Shown piece after piece: positions 47,101 through 60,856 of a stretch of DNA of 64,000 nucleotides (the stretch's first letter is position 1; each line of letters begins with the position of its first letter). Below the pieces are notes generated by a model. The model ran no database searches. It was not told the DNA's origin and saw only the letters and a list, made by a program, of their open reading frames with translations. The stretch spans positions 23,092 to 87,091 of the forward strand of contig DAOUKM010000008.1 in assembly GCA_034421295.1 (NCBI GenBank). The letters run 5' to 3'. Origin of the DNA: Dehalococcoidia bacterium (GTDB taxonomy: Bacteria; Chloroflexota; Dehalococcoidia; Lucifugimonadales; UBA2962). A program made the position numbers and the translations under genes.

Positions 47101-48256
47101 CCAGAGCGTCTACGGCCTCCTGGAGCATTCTCTTCTCGTTGCGCACGATGATCTCGGGCGCCTGCAGCTCGATGAGGCGCTTTAGCCTGTTATTTCGGTT
47201 GATCACCCTGCGGTAAAGGTCGTTGAGGTCACTGGTGGCGAACCTGCCGCCGTCAAGCTGCACCATCGGCCGAAGCTCCGGAGGCAGCACCGGAAGGACG
47301 GACCAGACCATCCACTCGGGCCTGTTTCCGCTCTTGCGGAAGGCCTCAACGACCCTGAGGGTCTTGATGGTCTTTTTGCGCCGCTGGCCCGAGGTCCCGC
47401 GGATCTCTTCCTGGAGCCGCGCCCGAAGCTCATCAAGGTCGAGCCCCTTGAGCACGCTGAGCACCGCTTCGGCCCCCATGCCGGCCTTGAAGATCTCGGA
47501 ATGGCGGTCCCTGAGCTCGCGGAACCGCGACTCGGTGAACAGCAGACCGATCCGCAGATCGTCAAGTTCGTCTATCTGTCCCTCTAGTTCGTTTTCGAGA
47601 TCATCCTTGTCGCGCTGCAGCTGGGCCTTTATCTTGTCGATCTCCGAGGGATCCGGGCCCGACGGGGAATCGGACGACTCCTCGGACTCCGCACCGTCTT
47701 CGGCGTCCTTCCCATCTTCCTGGGCGGCCATTTCCAGCTGCTCGATCTTGGCCTGCGCGGTCTCATCAAGCTGGGCCAGGCCCTCGTCGAGTTGACCCTG
47801 CAGGGCATCGACCTTCTCTGCCCTCAGCTCCTCGTCCACATCCGTGACCAGGTACTGCGCGAAATAGAGCACCCGCTCAAGGTTCCTCGGCGATAGATCG
47901 AGAAGCAGTCCGAGGCGACTCGGGGTCCCCTTCGAGAACCAGATATGGGCAACCGGGGCCGCCAGCGAGATGTGCCCCATTCGCTCTCGCCGGACCTTGG
48001 AACGCGCGACCTCGACCCCACAGCGGTCGCAGATGACGCCCTTGTACCTGATCTTCTTGTATTTGCCGCAGTAGCACTCCCAGTCCTTGGTCGGACCGAA
48101 GATCCTCTCGCAGAACAGGCCGTCCTTCTCCGGTCTGAGAGTCCGGTAGTTGATCGTCTCCGGCTTGGTCACCTCGCCGTAAGACCAGGTCCTGACCTGC
48201 TCCGGTGAGGCTAGTGAGATGCGGATCGCGTTGAACTCGTTACCCGCTTGGGCCAT
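44153..48256 (-). CDS. rpoC: DNA-directed RNA polymerase subunit beta'
   Basis: Zn-ribbon [23 protein letters not shown] and catalytic [12 protein letters not shown]. 1367 aa. Confidence 0.98.
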   Translation of the reverse strand: MAQAGNEFNAIRISLASPEQVRTWSYGEVTKPETINYRTLRPEKDGLFCERIFGPTKDWECYCGKYKKIRYKGVICDRCGVEVARSKVRRERMGHISLAAPVAHIWFSKGTPSRLGLLLDLSPRNLERVLYFAQYLVTDVDEELRAEKVDALQGQLDEGLAQLDETAQAKIEQLEMAAQEDGKDAEDGAESEESSDSPSGPDPSEIDKIKAQLQRDKDDLENELEGQIDELDDLRIGLLFTESRFRELRDRHSEIFKAGMGAEAVLSVLKGLDLDELRARLQEEIRGTSGQRRKKTIKTLRVVEAFRKSGNRPEWMVWSVLPVLPPELRPMVQLDGGRFATSDLNDLYRRVINRNNRLKRLIELQAPEIIVRNEKRMLQEAVDALVDNGRRGRAVSGSHNHKLKSLSDLLRGKQGRFRQNLLGKRVDYSGRSVIIVGPGLKLHECGLPRRMALELFKPFVMNKLVVKGYAHNIKSAKRMAERVRPEVWDILEEVIKDRPVLLNRAPTLHRLGIQAFQPRLIEGSAIRVHPLVCTAFNADFDGDQMAVHVPLSREAVLEAKKLMLSTLNMMSPSSGEPMVAPTLDMVLGCYYLTMASKDSGVSNTVYGSVEEARLALELGLIGLRSRIKVRVFGRVVGGEDGAVAVGSANGSGRVIETTPGRIIINDVIPEELGFWNFELDKGGLRDLAAAAYKNLGNEGAAVVLDSIKDLGFHYASRSGTTIAINDIEVSEEKSDIITAAEQKVNLLDQQYMDGLVTEEERYQNTVQIWTAANDELTRVIETNLGNYGGIYLMATSGAKGNIAQIKQMAGMRGLMSDPKGRIIDRPIKSNFREGLSVLEYFISTHGARKGLADTALRTADSGYLTRRLIDVAQEITISVEECGVESGVWIEEDPEAALASAFADSLRSRFTAQPVADPATGEILLDTGEELDDEAISRIRMCGVTGVLVRSPLSCEAPRGVCLMCYGIQLGTGEKAMLGEAVGIIAAQSIGEPGTQLTMRTFHTGGIAGADITSGLPRVEELFEARAPKGEAVLSEIDGEVEVIEDVEGRTIRVTSLEEYVDEYPLAKGQKLQVEDGDEVAIGSRLNVSEPDGDESEAALRPSDLIARVSGKVKLVGRKRSPDAVTITWVDEEQREYIIPAAAHIIVSSGDQVTAGQALTQGPKNPQQILRVQGREAVQKYLIDEVQAVYRSQGVKIHDKHIELITAQMLRKVRIVSPGDTELLPGELVDRRSYEEINAAVLAEGGEPAVASPALLGITRASLNMESFLAAASFQETTRVLTEASINGEVDQLRGLKENVIIGRLIPARLDQSQDGRQKLGLPELSDVAEEPEYFGAEVPVGVLVGSDDAMENPFESESPKEDLPQL

Positions 48257-48320
48257 GCGTAAGAACTCCTAACCGCTCAGCATCGGGTCCGGCTCCCAGG
48301 GGAGGAGGACCGTCCGATAC

Positions 48321-52283
<3,963 letters not shown>

Positions 52284-52466
52284 GCGATACCACACTCCTC
52301 GGAGCGAGAACGTTTAGGCCGGGTGCCGAAAAAAGCGCATAGGTCGCCTAGGGCGACGGAGCAAACGGCACAGTTACAGTCGTGAAGTGTCCAGGTGAAG
52401 AAAACGCAAAGCGGCTAAGGACATAATCGACCAATCACGTATTCTATTGCCCACACCCGCCGGACG

Positions 52467-53021
52467 TCAACCCTCCGGTGCATCCCCCGCGCCCTGGCCG
52501 TCACAGCCGTAGGACGTGCCGGACGCAGAGGTCCCGTATCGGACCCCGTCACCGACCTCTATTCCCAGCTCCGCCGTCCTGCCGGCGGCGACCTCAACAA
52601 CCGAGGCCGCCTCTGCGCCGGGGCGGTAGATGGGCAGTGATTCGTCCGGACCTCCCGGGGCCGGAACGTCCCGGTGCAGGTCCACGACCGTGCAGTCCGA
52701 GCCGACCCAGACGAAGTCGAGGCCGAACTGCATGCCCTTCATCCACAGACTGGTCGCCCTGCCCGACTCGAAGTGAAATAGCATGCCGTCGGTTTCCGTA
52801 AGGCCCTCCCTACCCGACAGGCCCCTCTGACGCTCGGCCTGGTCATCCGCCACCTCCACCACCAGCTCGGTCTCCCCCACCACTATCGTGATAACGTCCA
52901 GTCCGCGCTCGGACACGGGCCGTTCCTGTTCCGGCGGCGGCGTCAGTGCGTCAAGGAAAATCGACGGCGTGCCGGCGGCCTCGCCGCATGCCAGGGCGAA
53001 CAGGGCCAGCGTTGCGGCCAA
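52467..53021 (-). CDS. DUF192-domain protein, probable lipoprotein
   Basis: DGMLFHF...LWMKGMQFGLDFVW core typical of DUF192/COG1430. N-terminal ALFALACGE lipobox-like. TTG start. Confidence 0.75.
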   Translation of the reverse strand: MAATLALFALACGEAAGTPSIFLDALTPPPEQERPVSERGLDVITIVVGETELVVEVADDQAERQRGLSGREGLTETDGMLFHFESGRATSLWMKGMQFGLDFVWVGSDCTVVDLHRDVPAPGGPDESLPIYRPGAEAASVVEVAAGRTAELGIEVGDGVRYGTSASGTSYGCDGQGAGDAPEG

Positions 53022-53059
53022 CGCGGTCGCGAAACGGCGCCATCCGAATTCGCCGACGA

Positions 53060-55558
53060 CTAAACCAGATCTACTCGTGTCGAACCATCCCCGCCGCGCT
53101 CGGGTGCCTCGGCCGCAAAGGACCTGACGAGCGGATGTCGGTCGAGCCGCTCGCGGACCACGCGTCTGAGAGCCCCGGTGGCGCGGCCATGCACTATGCG
53201 GACCGACGATAGCCCGTCCCTGACGGCCCTGTCCAGAAACAGGTCGACCTCCGCCTCCGCTCCCTCGGCTCGCATCCCCCGCAGATCCAGTTCCCCCGAC
53301 TCCAGGGCCGGGCCGAGGGCGGCGGCGACGCTGGGCGGGTCGACCTGACGCTGAACCCCCGTCGGAACCAGGCGGGAAGCGTCGATACGCAGCCTCACAC
53401 TCCCGATCAGCACCTCTGCCTGCCCCGTGTCAGGATAGACGGTCTGCACCGTCCCGGTCGCGCCCAGGCCTCTGACCTCAACCACCGCGCCCTCCGTGAC
53501 CTGTCGATCTTCGTCCGGGTCGGCCGCAGGCCTGACCTGACCTTCCAGGGCCGACAGGCCCTCCTCTGCAACCGACAGGTCCTCTTTCACGGACTCGATC
53601 AAGGACCGGTCGATCGGGACGGACGCCGAGTGGCCGATATTCCACGACAACGCAGCCTCGGCCCTCCTGAGTCGCTTGGTCAGTTCGCCATGTGCGGCGG
53701 CCAGTTCTGCATGCATCGCCTCGGCCAACTCGTTCTTCCTTGCGACCATGGCGGCTCGTTCTGCCTCGAGCTCGATTCGGGCCCGCTCCGCCGACACCGC
53801 CGAGGCCTCCGCATCGGCCTGCGCCCTTTCTACCGCAGCCCTCGCTCGCCTCAGTTCCTCCATCGACTGCTCGTAACGCGCCGACCTCGGATCAAGGTAC
53901 GTCTCGGCCGCCCCCAGCACATCGCCGGGCATGCCGAGGCGGGCGGCAACGGCCATCGCGTAGCTGCGGCCGGGCACACCCATGGTCAACCGGTAGGTAG
54001 GCGCCAGGGTTTCGGGGTCAAGCTCGACGCTGGCGTTCTCCATGCCAGGGGCGGTCTCGGCGTGAGCCGCCACGGAGCGGTGGTGAGTTGTGGCAACGGC
54101 AGGAATGCATCGGCCAGCAAGTCTGTCCAGAACCGCTCGGGCGAGTGCCGCGCCCTCCTCCGGGTCAGTGCTGGACCCTAGCTCGTCCAGCAAGACGAGC
54201 GACCTCGGGGACGCCCGTTCCAGGATCCCGATCACCCTCCCCATGTGTGAGCTGAAGGTGGACACGCTTCGCTCGATACTCTGGCGATCGCCCAGGTCCA
54301 CGTGCAGCGAATCGTACACGGAGAGCACGGACCCTTCCGCGGCGGGAACCTGAAGGCCCGACTGGTTCATCGCCACTAGCAGGCCAACCGTCTTCATCGC
54401 CACTGTCTTGCCCCCGGTGTTGGGCCCGGTCACGACCAGCACGGACCATTCCCGCTCGTCGGCCGATCCTGCGCCGAGCTGGATGGAGACCGGTATCGCC
54501 CCTTCACCCAGCAGGGGGTGGCGTGCTGCGACCAGTCTCATTCCGGGTCGCCCGCCCGGCTGACCGTCCCCTGCCGACGGGGGCGTGATGCCCGCGGTCC
54601 TTTCCCCGTGCCTTGCACGGGCCAGTATCAGGTCGATCTGCGCCGCCAGCTCCGAGCCCAGCGCGAACGCGGCGGCGGAACGGCCAACCATCTCGGAGAG
54701 CCGGGACAGAATCCTTGCGACCTCCCGCTCCTCTTCCAGCACCATCTCGCGCCACAGGTTTCCGAGCTCGACTGTGGCCAGCGGCTCGACGAACACGGTC
54801 GAGCCGGTCTTTGAGGCATCATGCACGATGCCCGGGATCCGGTGCCTCATCTCCGAACGCACCTGAAGGACAAAGCGCTCCGCTCGAAGCGAGATCACCC
54901 GGTCCTGGAGTGCCGACTGAAGATTGGAGTCAATCATCGTCGAAAGTGCGGCGGTGACGCCCTCGTACGCGCTCTTTACCCGCGAGCGTAGACTTCTCAG
55001 CTCGGGTGTAGCTCCGTCCCTGACATCCCCCCTGTCGGAAATGGCGCGGCCTATCGCCTCCTCTACATCCGACAGATCGGGAATGCGTCCGGCAATCGAC
55101 GCCAGGGCAGGGGCCACCGCCGCTGCGCGACCCGCAAGGGCGGCAGCCCTGGAATGAACGGTCATCGCCTCGGCGATGGCGACCAGCTCTTCGCCGGTCG
55201 CAACGCCGCCCAGGGCGGCCCTGCCAACCGCGTCGGAAGCATCGACCTCCAGGGTCAGGTCCAGGTCCCCAACTGCCGCCAGGAACCGGCGTCCCTGCAC
55301 GGTCTCAGCCTGCAGCTCGGCGACCTCATGCGGGTCGAAGGACGGCGTGATCGACGCGGCCCTCGCCCTGGCCGGGCCGAAGCGCACGTGGGTCGCCAGA
55401 GCCCTCCTGACGACCGGAAAGTCCAGCATGCCCAGCGCGTCCTCGGCGTCTGCGGGGTACGCGAATCCGTCCGAGCCAGGGGGCGCGGCCCTGGACTTTC
55501 CACGGGGCGGCGGGGATGATCGCTGTGGGTCGTTCACAGGCGGGAACGTGGTGCTCAT
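53060..55558 (-). CDS. mutS2: endonuclease MutS2 (MutS ATPase plus C-terminal Smr domain)
   Basis: Walker A GPNTGGKTV, and C-terminal Smr LDLRGMRAEGAEAEVDLFLDRAV...VRIVHGRATGALR. ATG at 55558 is preferred over 55591. Confidence 0.9.
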   Translation of the reverse strand: MSTTFPPVNDPQRSSPPPRGKSRAAPPGSDGFAYPADAEDALGMLDFPVVRRALATHVRFGPARARAASITPSFDPHEVAELQAETVQGRRFLAAVGDLDLTLEVDASDAVGRAALGGVATGEELVAIAEAMTVHSRAAALAGRAAAVAPALASIAGRIPDLSDVEEAIGRAISDRGDVRDGATPELRSLRSRVKSAYEGVTAALSTMIDSNLQSALQDRVISLRAERFVLQVRSEMRHRIPGIVHDASKTGSTVFVEPLATVELGNLWREMVLEEEREVARILSRLSEMVGRSAAAFALGSELAAQIDLILARARHGERTAGITPPSAGDGQPGGRPGMRLVAARHPLLGEGAIPVSIQLGAGSADEREWSVLVVTGPNTGGKTVAMKTVGLLVAMNQSGLQVPAAEGSVLSVYDSLHVDLGDRQSIERSVSTFSSHMGRVIGILERASPRSLVLLDELGSSTDPEEGAALARAVLDRLAGRCIPAVATTHHRSVAAHAETAPGMENASVELDPETLAPTYRLTMGVPGRSYAMAVAARLGMPGDVLGAAETYLDPRSARYEQSMEELRRARAAVERAQADAEASAVSAERARIELEAERAAMVARKNELAEAMHAELAAAHGELTKRLRRAEAALSWNIGHSASVPIDRSLIESVKEDLSVAEEGLSALEGQVRPAADPDEDRQVTEGAVVEVRGLGATGTVQTVYPDTGQAEVLIGSVRLRIDASRLVPTGVQRQVDPPSVAAALGPALESGELDLRGMRAEGAEAEVDLFLDRAVRDGLSSVRIVHGRATGALRRVVRERLDRHPLVRSFAAEAPERGGDGSTRVDLV

Positions 55559-55657
55559 GGCCTCGACGCACCGTCGAGATGGGAAGGCCATGTTATCATA
55601 GCCGCCTCAACCTGCTGGCAATTTGGCCGGCCTGCCCAGCCCGCTACGCTCGGATGG

Positions 55658-56620
55658 ATGCCACCGGTTACGCGGGCCGCGAGACCCTTGGAATTGGACA
55701 AGATCACCGTAAAGACCGCGGCGACTGCCGCCAACATGGGACCAGGCTTTGACTGCATGGCGATGGCTCTGGACATCTGGAACACCACTACGGTCGAGGT
55801 TGTTCCGGAAGGACATCAGCGGCCCATGTATGAAGTGCACGGACACGGCTCCGAGTACCCGGACGACATGTATGCAAGGCTGGTGCACCGCTGCATAGGG
55901 TTGCCCTTTGCCAGGGCCGGCATGGAGCCTCCCCCCGTCAGAATCGTCTGCCACAACGAGGTTCCGGCGGGGAAGGGGCTCGGAAGCAGTGCGGCCGCGA
56001 TCATGGCAGGCCTTGTCGCCGGGGACGCCCTGTCGGGGGCCGGACTCGGGGAACAGGAGCTATTGGACCTGGCCGTGGAGGTCGAGGGCCATCCGGACAA
56101 CGTCGTTGCGGCCATGTACGGTGGGTGCAGGATCGTGGTGCCGTCCGGAGGGCACTTCGCGACCGCCTCGGTACCGGTGCCCGACGACCTGAGGGCGGTG
56201 CTGTACGTGCCCGAGCGGCCGATGCCGACAAAGCAGGCTCGGCAGATACTGCCCGGTCTGGTGGACCGCCAGGACGCCGTCTTCAATCTGGGCCGCGTCG
56301 GCCTGCTTGTTCGCGCCCTGACCACCGGGGATCTTTCGATGCTCAGCATCGCCACCGAGGACAGGCTGCACCAACCCTACCGGGTCGATCAGTTCTTCGG
56401 ACTGAGGAACCTGTTCTCTGCGGCGCTCGCGGCCGGGGCACTGGGAGTCTTTCTTTCCGGGTCCGGGTCAAGCGTCCTCGCCCTTACCTCCGGTCGGGAG
56501 CTGACCATCGGATATGAGATGGCCGACGCCGCCGACAAGTCGGGGATCACAGGAGACGTCCGCATCTCTCGCCCCACCTCACAGGCCTACCAGACATCGG
56601 CCGGGCCCGCGCGAGCCTGA
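55658..56620 (+). CDS. thrB: homoserine kinase
   Basis: TAANMGPGFDCMAMAL and GHMP motif PAGKGLGSSAAA. The start may instead be the in-frame TTG at 55694. Confidence 0.9.
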   Translation: MPPVTRAARPLELDKITVKTAATAANMGPGFDCMAMALDIWNTTTVEVVPEGHQRPMYEVHGHGSEYPDDMYARLVHRCIGLPFARAGMEPPPVRIVCHNEVPAGKGLGSSAAAIMAGLVAGDALSGAGLGEQELLDLAVEVEGHPDNVVAAMYGGCRIVVPSGGHFATASVPVPDDLRAVLYVPERPMPTKQARQILPGLVDRQDAVFNLGRVGLLVRALTTGDLSMLSIATEDRLHQPYRVDQFFGLRNLFSAALAAGALGVFLSGSGSSVLALTSGRELTIGYEMADAADKSGITGDVRISRPTSQAYQTSAGPARA

Positions 56621-56641
56621 TCTGGTTCGGGAAGCGCTTCG

Positions 56642-57874
56642 ATGGCCGGCTTCGTTGTGCAAAAGTACGGGGGCAGTTCGCTCGTCGACGCCCGCGCCAT
56701 CAAGGCGGTCGCCGGGCGAATAGCAGCCCGCAGGCGCACCGGGGACAACGTTGTTGCCGTGGTATCGGCAATGGGAGACCACACCGACGAGCTGACCTCC
56801 CTGGCCCTGGAGGTCAACGACAGGCCGGACCGGCGGGAACTGGACGTGCTGCTGTCGACCGGCGAGCTGGTCTCCTGCACGCTTACGACAATGGCCCTGA
56901 ACGCGCTGGGGGAGCCGGCAAAGAGCCTGGCGGGCTGGCAGGCCGGCATCCAGACCACCAGCCGCTTCGGCCGGGCTCAGATCTCCGGCATAGATGTCTC
57001 CTCCATCCACCGTGAGCTGGGCAAGGGCAACATAGTGATCATAGCGGGCTTCCAGGGGATCGCACCCGGGCAGGAGATCACCACGCTCGGCCGGGGCGGC
57101 TCGGATACGACCGCGGTCGCCGTTGCCGCAGCGCTGGGTGCTGACAGGTGCGAGATATACACCGACGTGGACGGCATCTACACTGCCGACCCGAGGTTCG
57201 TGCCGGCCGCAAGCAAGCTTGAGGAGATCGGATTTGAAGAGATGCTGGAGATGGCCAGCCACGGTGCAAAGATGCAGCCGCGGGCCGTGGAGCTGGCCAT
57301 GGTGTACAACGTCCCCACCTACGTGGCCTCCAGTTTCACCGACGCTCCGGGTACCCTAATACACGAAGGTGCGGACATGACTGACGAGAATCGTGTAGGA
57401 GAGGTGCGCAAGCGGGTCCGCGGCATCGTGACGGACACGGGCTTTGCCAAGATAACGATCCTGGGCGTGCCCGACAGGCCGGGGCTGGCGGCCCGGATAT
57501 TCGAGCCTCTGTCCGCCGCTGATGTCAGCGTCGACGAAATAGTCATGAATGCAGGCCAGGACGCGTTCACCGACTTTACCTTCACCGTGAGGAACTCCGA
57601 CCTTGAAAGGGCGCTCGAGGTGGTCGAGCCGCTGACCGAGGAGATGAGGGGCCGGGGCACCGTCAGCGCAGGTGGACTGGGAAAGGTGAGCATAGTCGGC
57701 ACGGGTATGCGCGACGAGCCGGGCTACGCATCCCGGATGTTCGGGGCCCTGGCCGAACATGGCATAAACATCGAGCTGGTAACGACCTCAGAGATCCGCA
57801 TCACGTGCATCGTCGCCGAGCACCATCTGGGCGACGCGGCCCAGGCGCTCCACGCCGTCTTTGAACTCGGATAG
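56642..57874 (+). CDS. lysC: aspartate kinase
   Basis: VVQKYGGSSL N-terminus, GRGGSDTTAVAVAAAL, and two C-terminal ACT domains. 410 aa. Confidence 0.95.
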   Translation: MAGFVVQKYGGSSLVDARAIKAVAGRIAARRRTGDNVVAVVSAMGDHTDELTSLALEVNDRPDRRELDVLLSTGELVSCTLTTMALNALGEPAKSLAGWQAGIQTTSRFGRAQISGIDVSSIHRELGKGNIVIIAGFQGIAPGQEITTLGRGGSDTTAVAVAAALGADRCEIYTDVDGIYTADPRFVPAASKLEEIGFEEMLEMASHGAKMQPRAVELAMVYNVPTYVASSFTDAPGTLIHEGADMTDENRVGEVRKRVRGIVTDTGFAKITILGVPDRPGLAARIFEPLSAADVSVDEIVMNAGQDAFTDFTFTVRNSDLERALEVVEPLTEEMRGRGTVSAGGLGKVSIVGTGMRDEPGYASRMFGALAEHGINIELVTTSEIRITCIVAEHHLGDAAQALHAVFELG

Positions 57875-58592
57875 AGCGCCGGACCCGTACCTGTCCATCG
57901 TAGTCCCGGCCTACAACGAGCAGGCCAGGATCGAACATTCGCTGGACAGCCTCGTTGCATACCTGGCCCGCCAGGACTATCCCTGGGAGGTGCTGATAGC
58001 GGACGACGGCAGCGATGACGACACCGCCTCTCTGATCGGCCCGCATGCTGACGGAGAGAGCGTGAGACTGCTCAAACTCGCTCACCGGGGAAAGGGAGCG
58101 GCCGTCCGAGCCGGCATGCTCCAGGCCCGGGGCCGTTACCGCATGATGTGCGACGCCGACCTCGCCATGCCGGTGGAGTGGATCTCCGAGTTCGTGGCGG
58201 CCATGGAGCGCGGCCACGACATCGTCATCGGATCTCGTCAGATCAAAGGGGCTCGCCGGTTCGACGAGCCGACCGTGCGCCATCTCATGGGCCGCCTGTT
58301 CAACTGGTGCGTCCGAGCGGTGACCGTGCGCGGCTTTGAGGACACCCAGTGCGGGTTCAAGTGCTTTACGGACCTGGCCGCCGAGACACTGTTCCCTCTC
58401 CAGCGTTCAAATGGATTCGGCTTCGACGTAGAGTTGCTCTACCTGGCCGCCAGAGCGAAGATGAACGTGGTCGAGATACCCATAGACTGGCACCATCAAC
58501 CCGTGAGCAAGGTCAGACCATTTCTGGACCCGGTACTGATGCTCCGCGACGCCCTGGCCGTGAGACTGAACTCGGCGCTGCGCAGATACTGA
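57861..58592 (+). CDS. family 2 glycosyltransferase (polyprenyl-phosphate glycosyltransferase-like)
   Basis: LSIVVPAYNE, IADDGSDDDT, and DAD in MMCDADL. The TTG start overlaps the lysC end by 14 nt. Confidence 0.85.
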   Translation: MNSDRAPDPYLSIVVPAYNEQARIEHSLDSLVAYLARQDYPWEVLIADDGSDDDTASLIGPHADGESVRLLKLAHRGKGAAVRAGMLQARGRYRMMCDADLAMPVEWISEFVAAMERGHDIVIGSRQIKGARRFDEPTVRHLMGRLFNWCVRAVTVRGFEDTQCGFKCFTDLAAETLFPLQRSNGFGFDVELLYLAARAKMNVVEIPIDWHHQPVSKVRPFLDPVLMLRDALAVRLNSALRRY

Positions 58593-58625
58593 CGGCGTGA
58601 TCGAATCGCCCCCGACGCCCTGATT

Positions 58626-59462
58626 TTGCCGAACGAACCGAGACCACATCCACACGATCAAGGCCCGGCTACTTCCCCCGGGCAACCCGGGCGGCCCAGG
58701 GTTACGGTGGTCGTGCCCACCTACAACGAGGCGGGCAACATCCGCGAGCTGGCTCGCCGCCTCTTCGCACTGGACATGATCGATCTGCGCGTCCTGATCG
58801 TCGACGACGGTTCGCCGGACGGCACGGCCGGTCTCGCACGCGGACTGTCCGGCGAATACGACGGGCGGATCGACGTTCTGGAACGCCCGGCAAAGCTGGG
58901 TCTCGGCACCGCTTACAGGGCCGGCTTCGCCTCCGCCCTTGAGGACGGTCCGGACTTCGTATTTCAGATGGATGCAGACCTGTCGCATCCGGTCGACCAG
59001 ATACCGAGTATGCTCGCCGCGCTGTCGAATGCCGACGTTGTGGTCGGCTCCCGTTACACGAAGGGGGTCGGCAAGGTGGACGCTGAACGGGGCTGGGGCA
59101 TTCACAGGCTGCTGATCAGCTCGCTTGGCAACCTGGCCATCCGCACCGTCGCCGGCCTGCGCGTTCGAGATGCCACCTCCGGCTTCAAGGGCTACAGGGC
59201 GGAGGCTCTTGCGGGTCTGAGCCTCGAGGATTTTCGCTGCACCGGGTTCGGGTTTCAGTCCGAGGTGGCCTTCGCCTGCCAGAGGAGCGGGTACGTCGTG
59301 GTAGAGCATCCCTTCGTATTCTCGAACCGTGCACACGGCAAGTCCAAGATGAGCCTGGCGATCGTGGTGGAGGCGATGTGGAGGCTCACTCTCATGCGCC
59401 TCAGAGCCCTGCTGCGACGGCCGGGGCAGCCCTCCCCGAGCGAGGCCGATCAGCCCCGCTAG
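58626..59462 (+). CDS. family 2 glycosyltransferase, dolichol/polyprenol-phosphate mannosyltransferase-like
   Basis: VTVVVPTYNEAGNI, IVDDGSPDGT, QMDADLSHP. The start is uncertain: TTG at 58626, or an internal GTG just before VVPTYNE. Confidence 0.85.
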   Translation: MPNEPRPHPHDQGPATSPGQPGRPRVTVVVPTYNEAGNIRELARRLFALDMIDLRVLIVDDGSPDGTAGLARGLSGEYDGRIDVLERPAKLGLGTAYRAGFASALEDGPDFVFQMDADLSHPVDQIPSMLAALSNADVVVGSRYTKGVGKVDAERGWGIHRLLISSLGNLAIRTVAGLRVRDATSGFKGYRAEALAGLSLEDFRCTGFGFQSEVAFACQRSGYVVVEHPFVFSNRAHGKSKMSLAIVVEAMWRLTLMRLRALLRRPGQPSPSEADQPR

Positions 59463-59498
59463 CCGAATTTTTTTCGTTCCAGGCGAGCGAAAATTTCA

Positions 59499-59527
59499 TT
59501 GCGGGGCAAAATCCGATGCGCTAGAAT
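59499..59527 (+). promoter_or_regulatory. candidate sigma-70-type promoter
   Basis: TTGCGG (59499-59504), a 17-nt spacer, then TAGAAT (59522-59527). An A/T-rich stretch (GAAAATTTCA) lies just upstream. It sits 9 nt before the TTG at 59537 and 30 nt before the ATG at 59558. Confidence 0.45.
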
Positions 59528-59536
59528 TCGCCGACT

Positions 59537-60439
59537 TTGGCGGATGCCGAAGGTCCAATGATCTCGATGACGAGGGCTGAACAGGCCATGACTGCGGTCA
59601 AGAGCGCACAGAAAGACAAGGGTAAATTGGCGGTCGAACTGGCACTGGCCGGAAGCTGGAACGAGGCCGTCGACATGAACCGCCAGGTCCTGCTGGAACG
59701 CCCGGGCGATGCCGAAGCGTACAACCGACTGGGCAAGGCCCTGACGGAACTGGGCTCAATAGAGGAGGCGATCAGCGCCTTTGAGGGCGCATTGCTGTTC
59801 TCACCCCACAACGCCATAGCCAGGAGAAACCTCGAGCGGCTGACGAGCCACCGTAACAGCCGCAGCGACGGGTCTCCCGACACCGAGGTGCGCAGGGGAC
59901 AGGGCGGCAGGAGGCGAGCTCACCTCACAGAGGAGACCGGAAAGTCGGCGGTCGTTCCCCTGGTGAACGTCGCCGATCCGGCAGCCCTGCCGGGGCTTAT
60001 GCCCGGGGATGCGGTCGAGCTGGTCTGCTCGGGCAACATGATCAGGGTGATCGCAGATGGCGCGCGCATAGGTCAGGTTGAACCCCGCCATGGTGCCCGA
60101 ATCTCAAAGCTGATGTCGGGGGGCAACAGGTATGAGGCTTCGGTAAAGGAGATCGAGGGAAGCGGCGTGAGCCTGCTGATCAGGGAGGTCTACAAGCACC
60201 CGTCCCAGATCGGGATGGTGTCCTTTCCCAGCCAGGAGACCGTGGGACCCAGAAGTCACGGGCCCTCACGATACGCCAACTCGGCCTCACCGGCGTGGGG
60301 CGGTCGTGACAAGGGGGCCGCCTTGAGCACGTTCAAGGACTGGTCGAGTGACGACACCGAGCCGGGGGACGACGAGGAGTTCACACCGGAAGTTCACAGG
60401 GTCATCAACTCCTCTGACGACCGGGACGAGATCTTCTAG
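59537..60439 (+). CDS. TPR-repeat protein with an uncharacterised C-terminal domain
   Basis: TPR-like GSWNEAVDMNRQVLLERPGDAEAYNRLGKALTELGSIEEAISAFEGALLFSPHN. The C-terminal half is unassigned and the tail is acidic. The start may be the ATG at 59558. Confidence 0.7.
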   Translation: MADAEGPMISMTRAEQAMTAVKSAQKDKGKLAVELALAGSWNEAVDMNRQVLLERPGDAEAYNRLGKALTELGSIEEAISAFEGALLFSPHNAIARRNLERLTSHRNSRSDGSPDTEVRRGQGGRRRAHLTEETGKSAVVPLVNVADPAALPGLMPGDAVELVCSGNMIRVIADGARIGQVEPRHGARISKLMSGGNRYEASVKEIEGSGVSLLIREVYKHPSQIGMVSFPSQETVGPRSHGPSRYANSASPAWGGRDKGAALSTFKDWSSDDTEPGDDEEFTPEVHRVINSSDDRDEIF

Positions 60440-60452
60440 CCGATAGCTCCGC

Positions 60453-60722
60453 TCAGCCCGGACCCTCGGCCGCGTCTTCCGCCAGGGGCCTGGGCCGGAA
60501 ATAGATCCCCCACCGCTGCATCGCATCCTTCACGCGTTCGTCGTCCAACTCGGCGAGTTGCTTAAAGAACCCGGCGAGAGCGTGCACGTGTCGAAGTTCG
60601 TCCGTGCAGACCCAGCTGGCCTCCGAAGGCACGACGTACAGCAGCCCGTTCTGGTGCTTGCACTCGACCTCGATGCGGTGACCGCCTGAGTCACCCTTGA
60701 TAGTCAATCCGTACTGGCTCAT
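60453..60722 (-). CDS. hypothetical protein (89 aa)
   Basis: ATG-initiated ORF with coding-like codon usage, convergent with the TPR gene. I recognise no family. Confidence 0.5.
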   Translation of the reverse strand: MSQYGLTIKGDSGGHRIEVECKHQNGLLYVVPSEASWVCTDELRHVHALAGFFKQLAELDDERVKDAMQRWGIYFRPRPLAEDAAEGPG

Positions 60723-60856
60723 CGAACGCTCGCGTCCTTGCAGGAGATGCGCGGGGCGCAGTCATGATTATACCAGCGGGCGGCTATCCAATTTTCCTCT
60801 AGAATTGGGTGCGCAGCCGCCGGCCGGCAGAGCCGGAAGGGCGTTTAGGAGGGCAA

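Noticed and set aside
44825-47185. 786-aa ORF on the plus strand
   Set aside because: It lies entirely antisense to rpoC, whose product is unambiguous. The translation is Arg/Gly/Pro/Leu-rich with no family resemblance. This is a typical high-GC antisense artefact.
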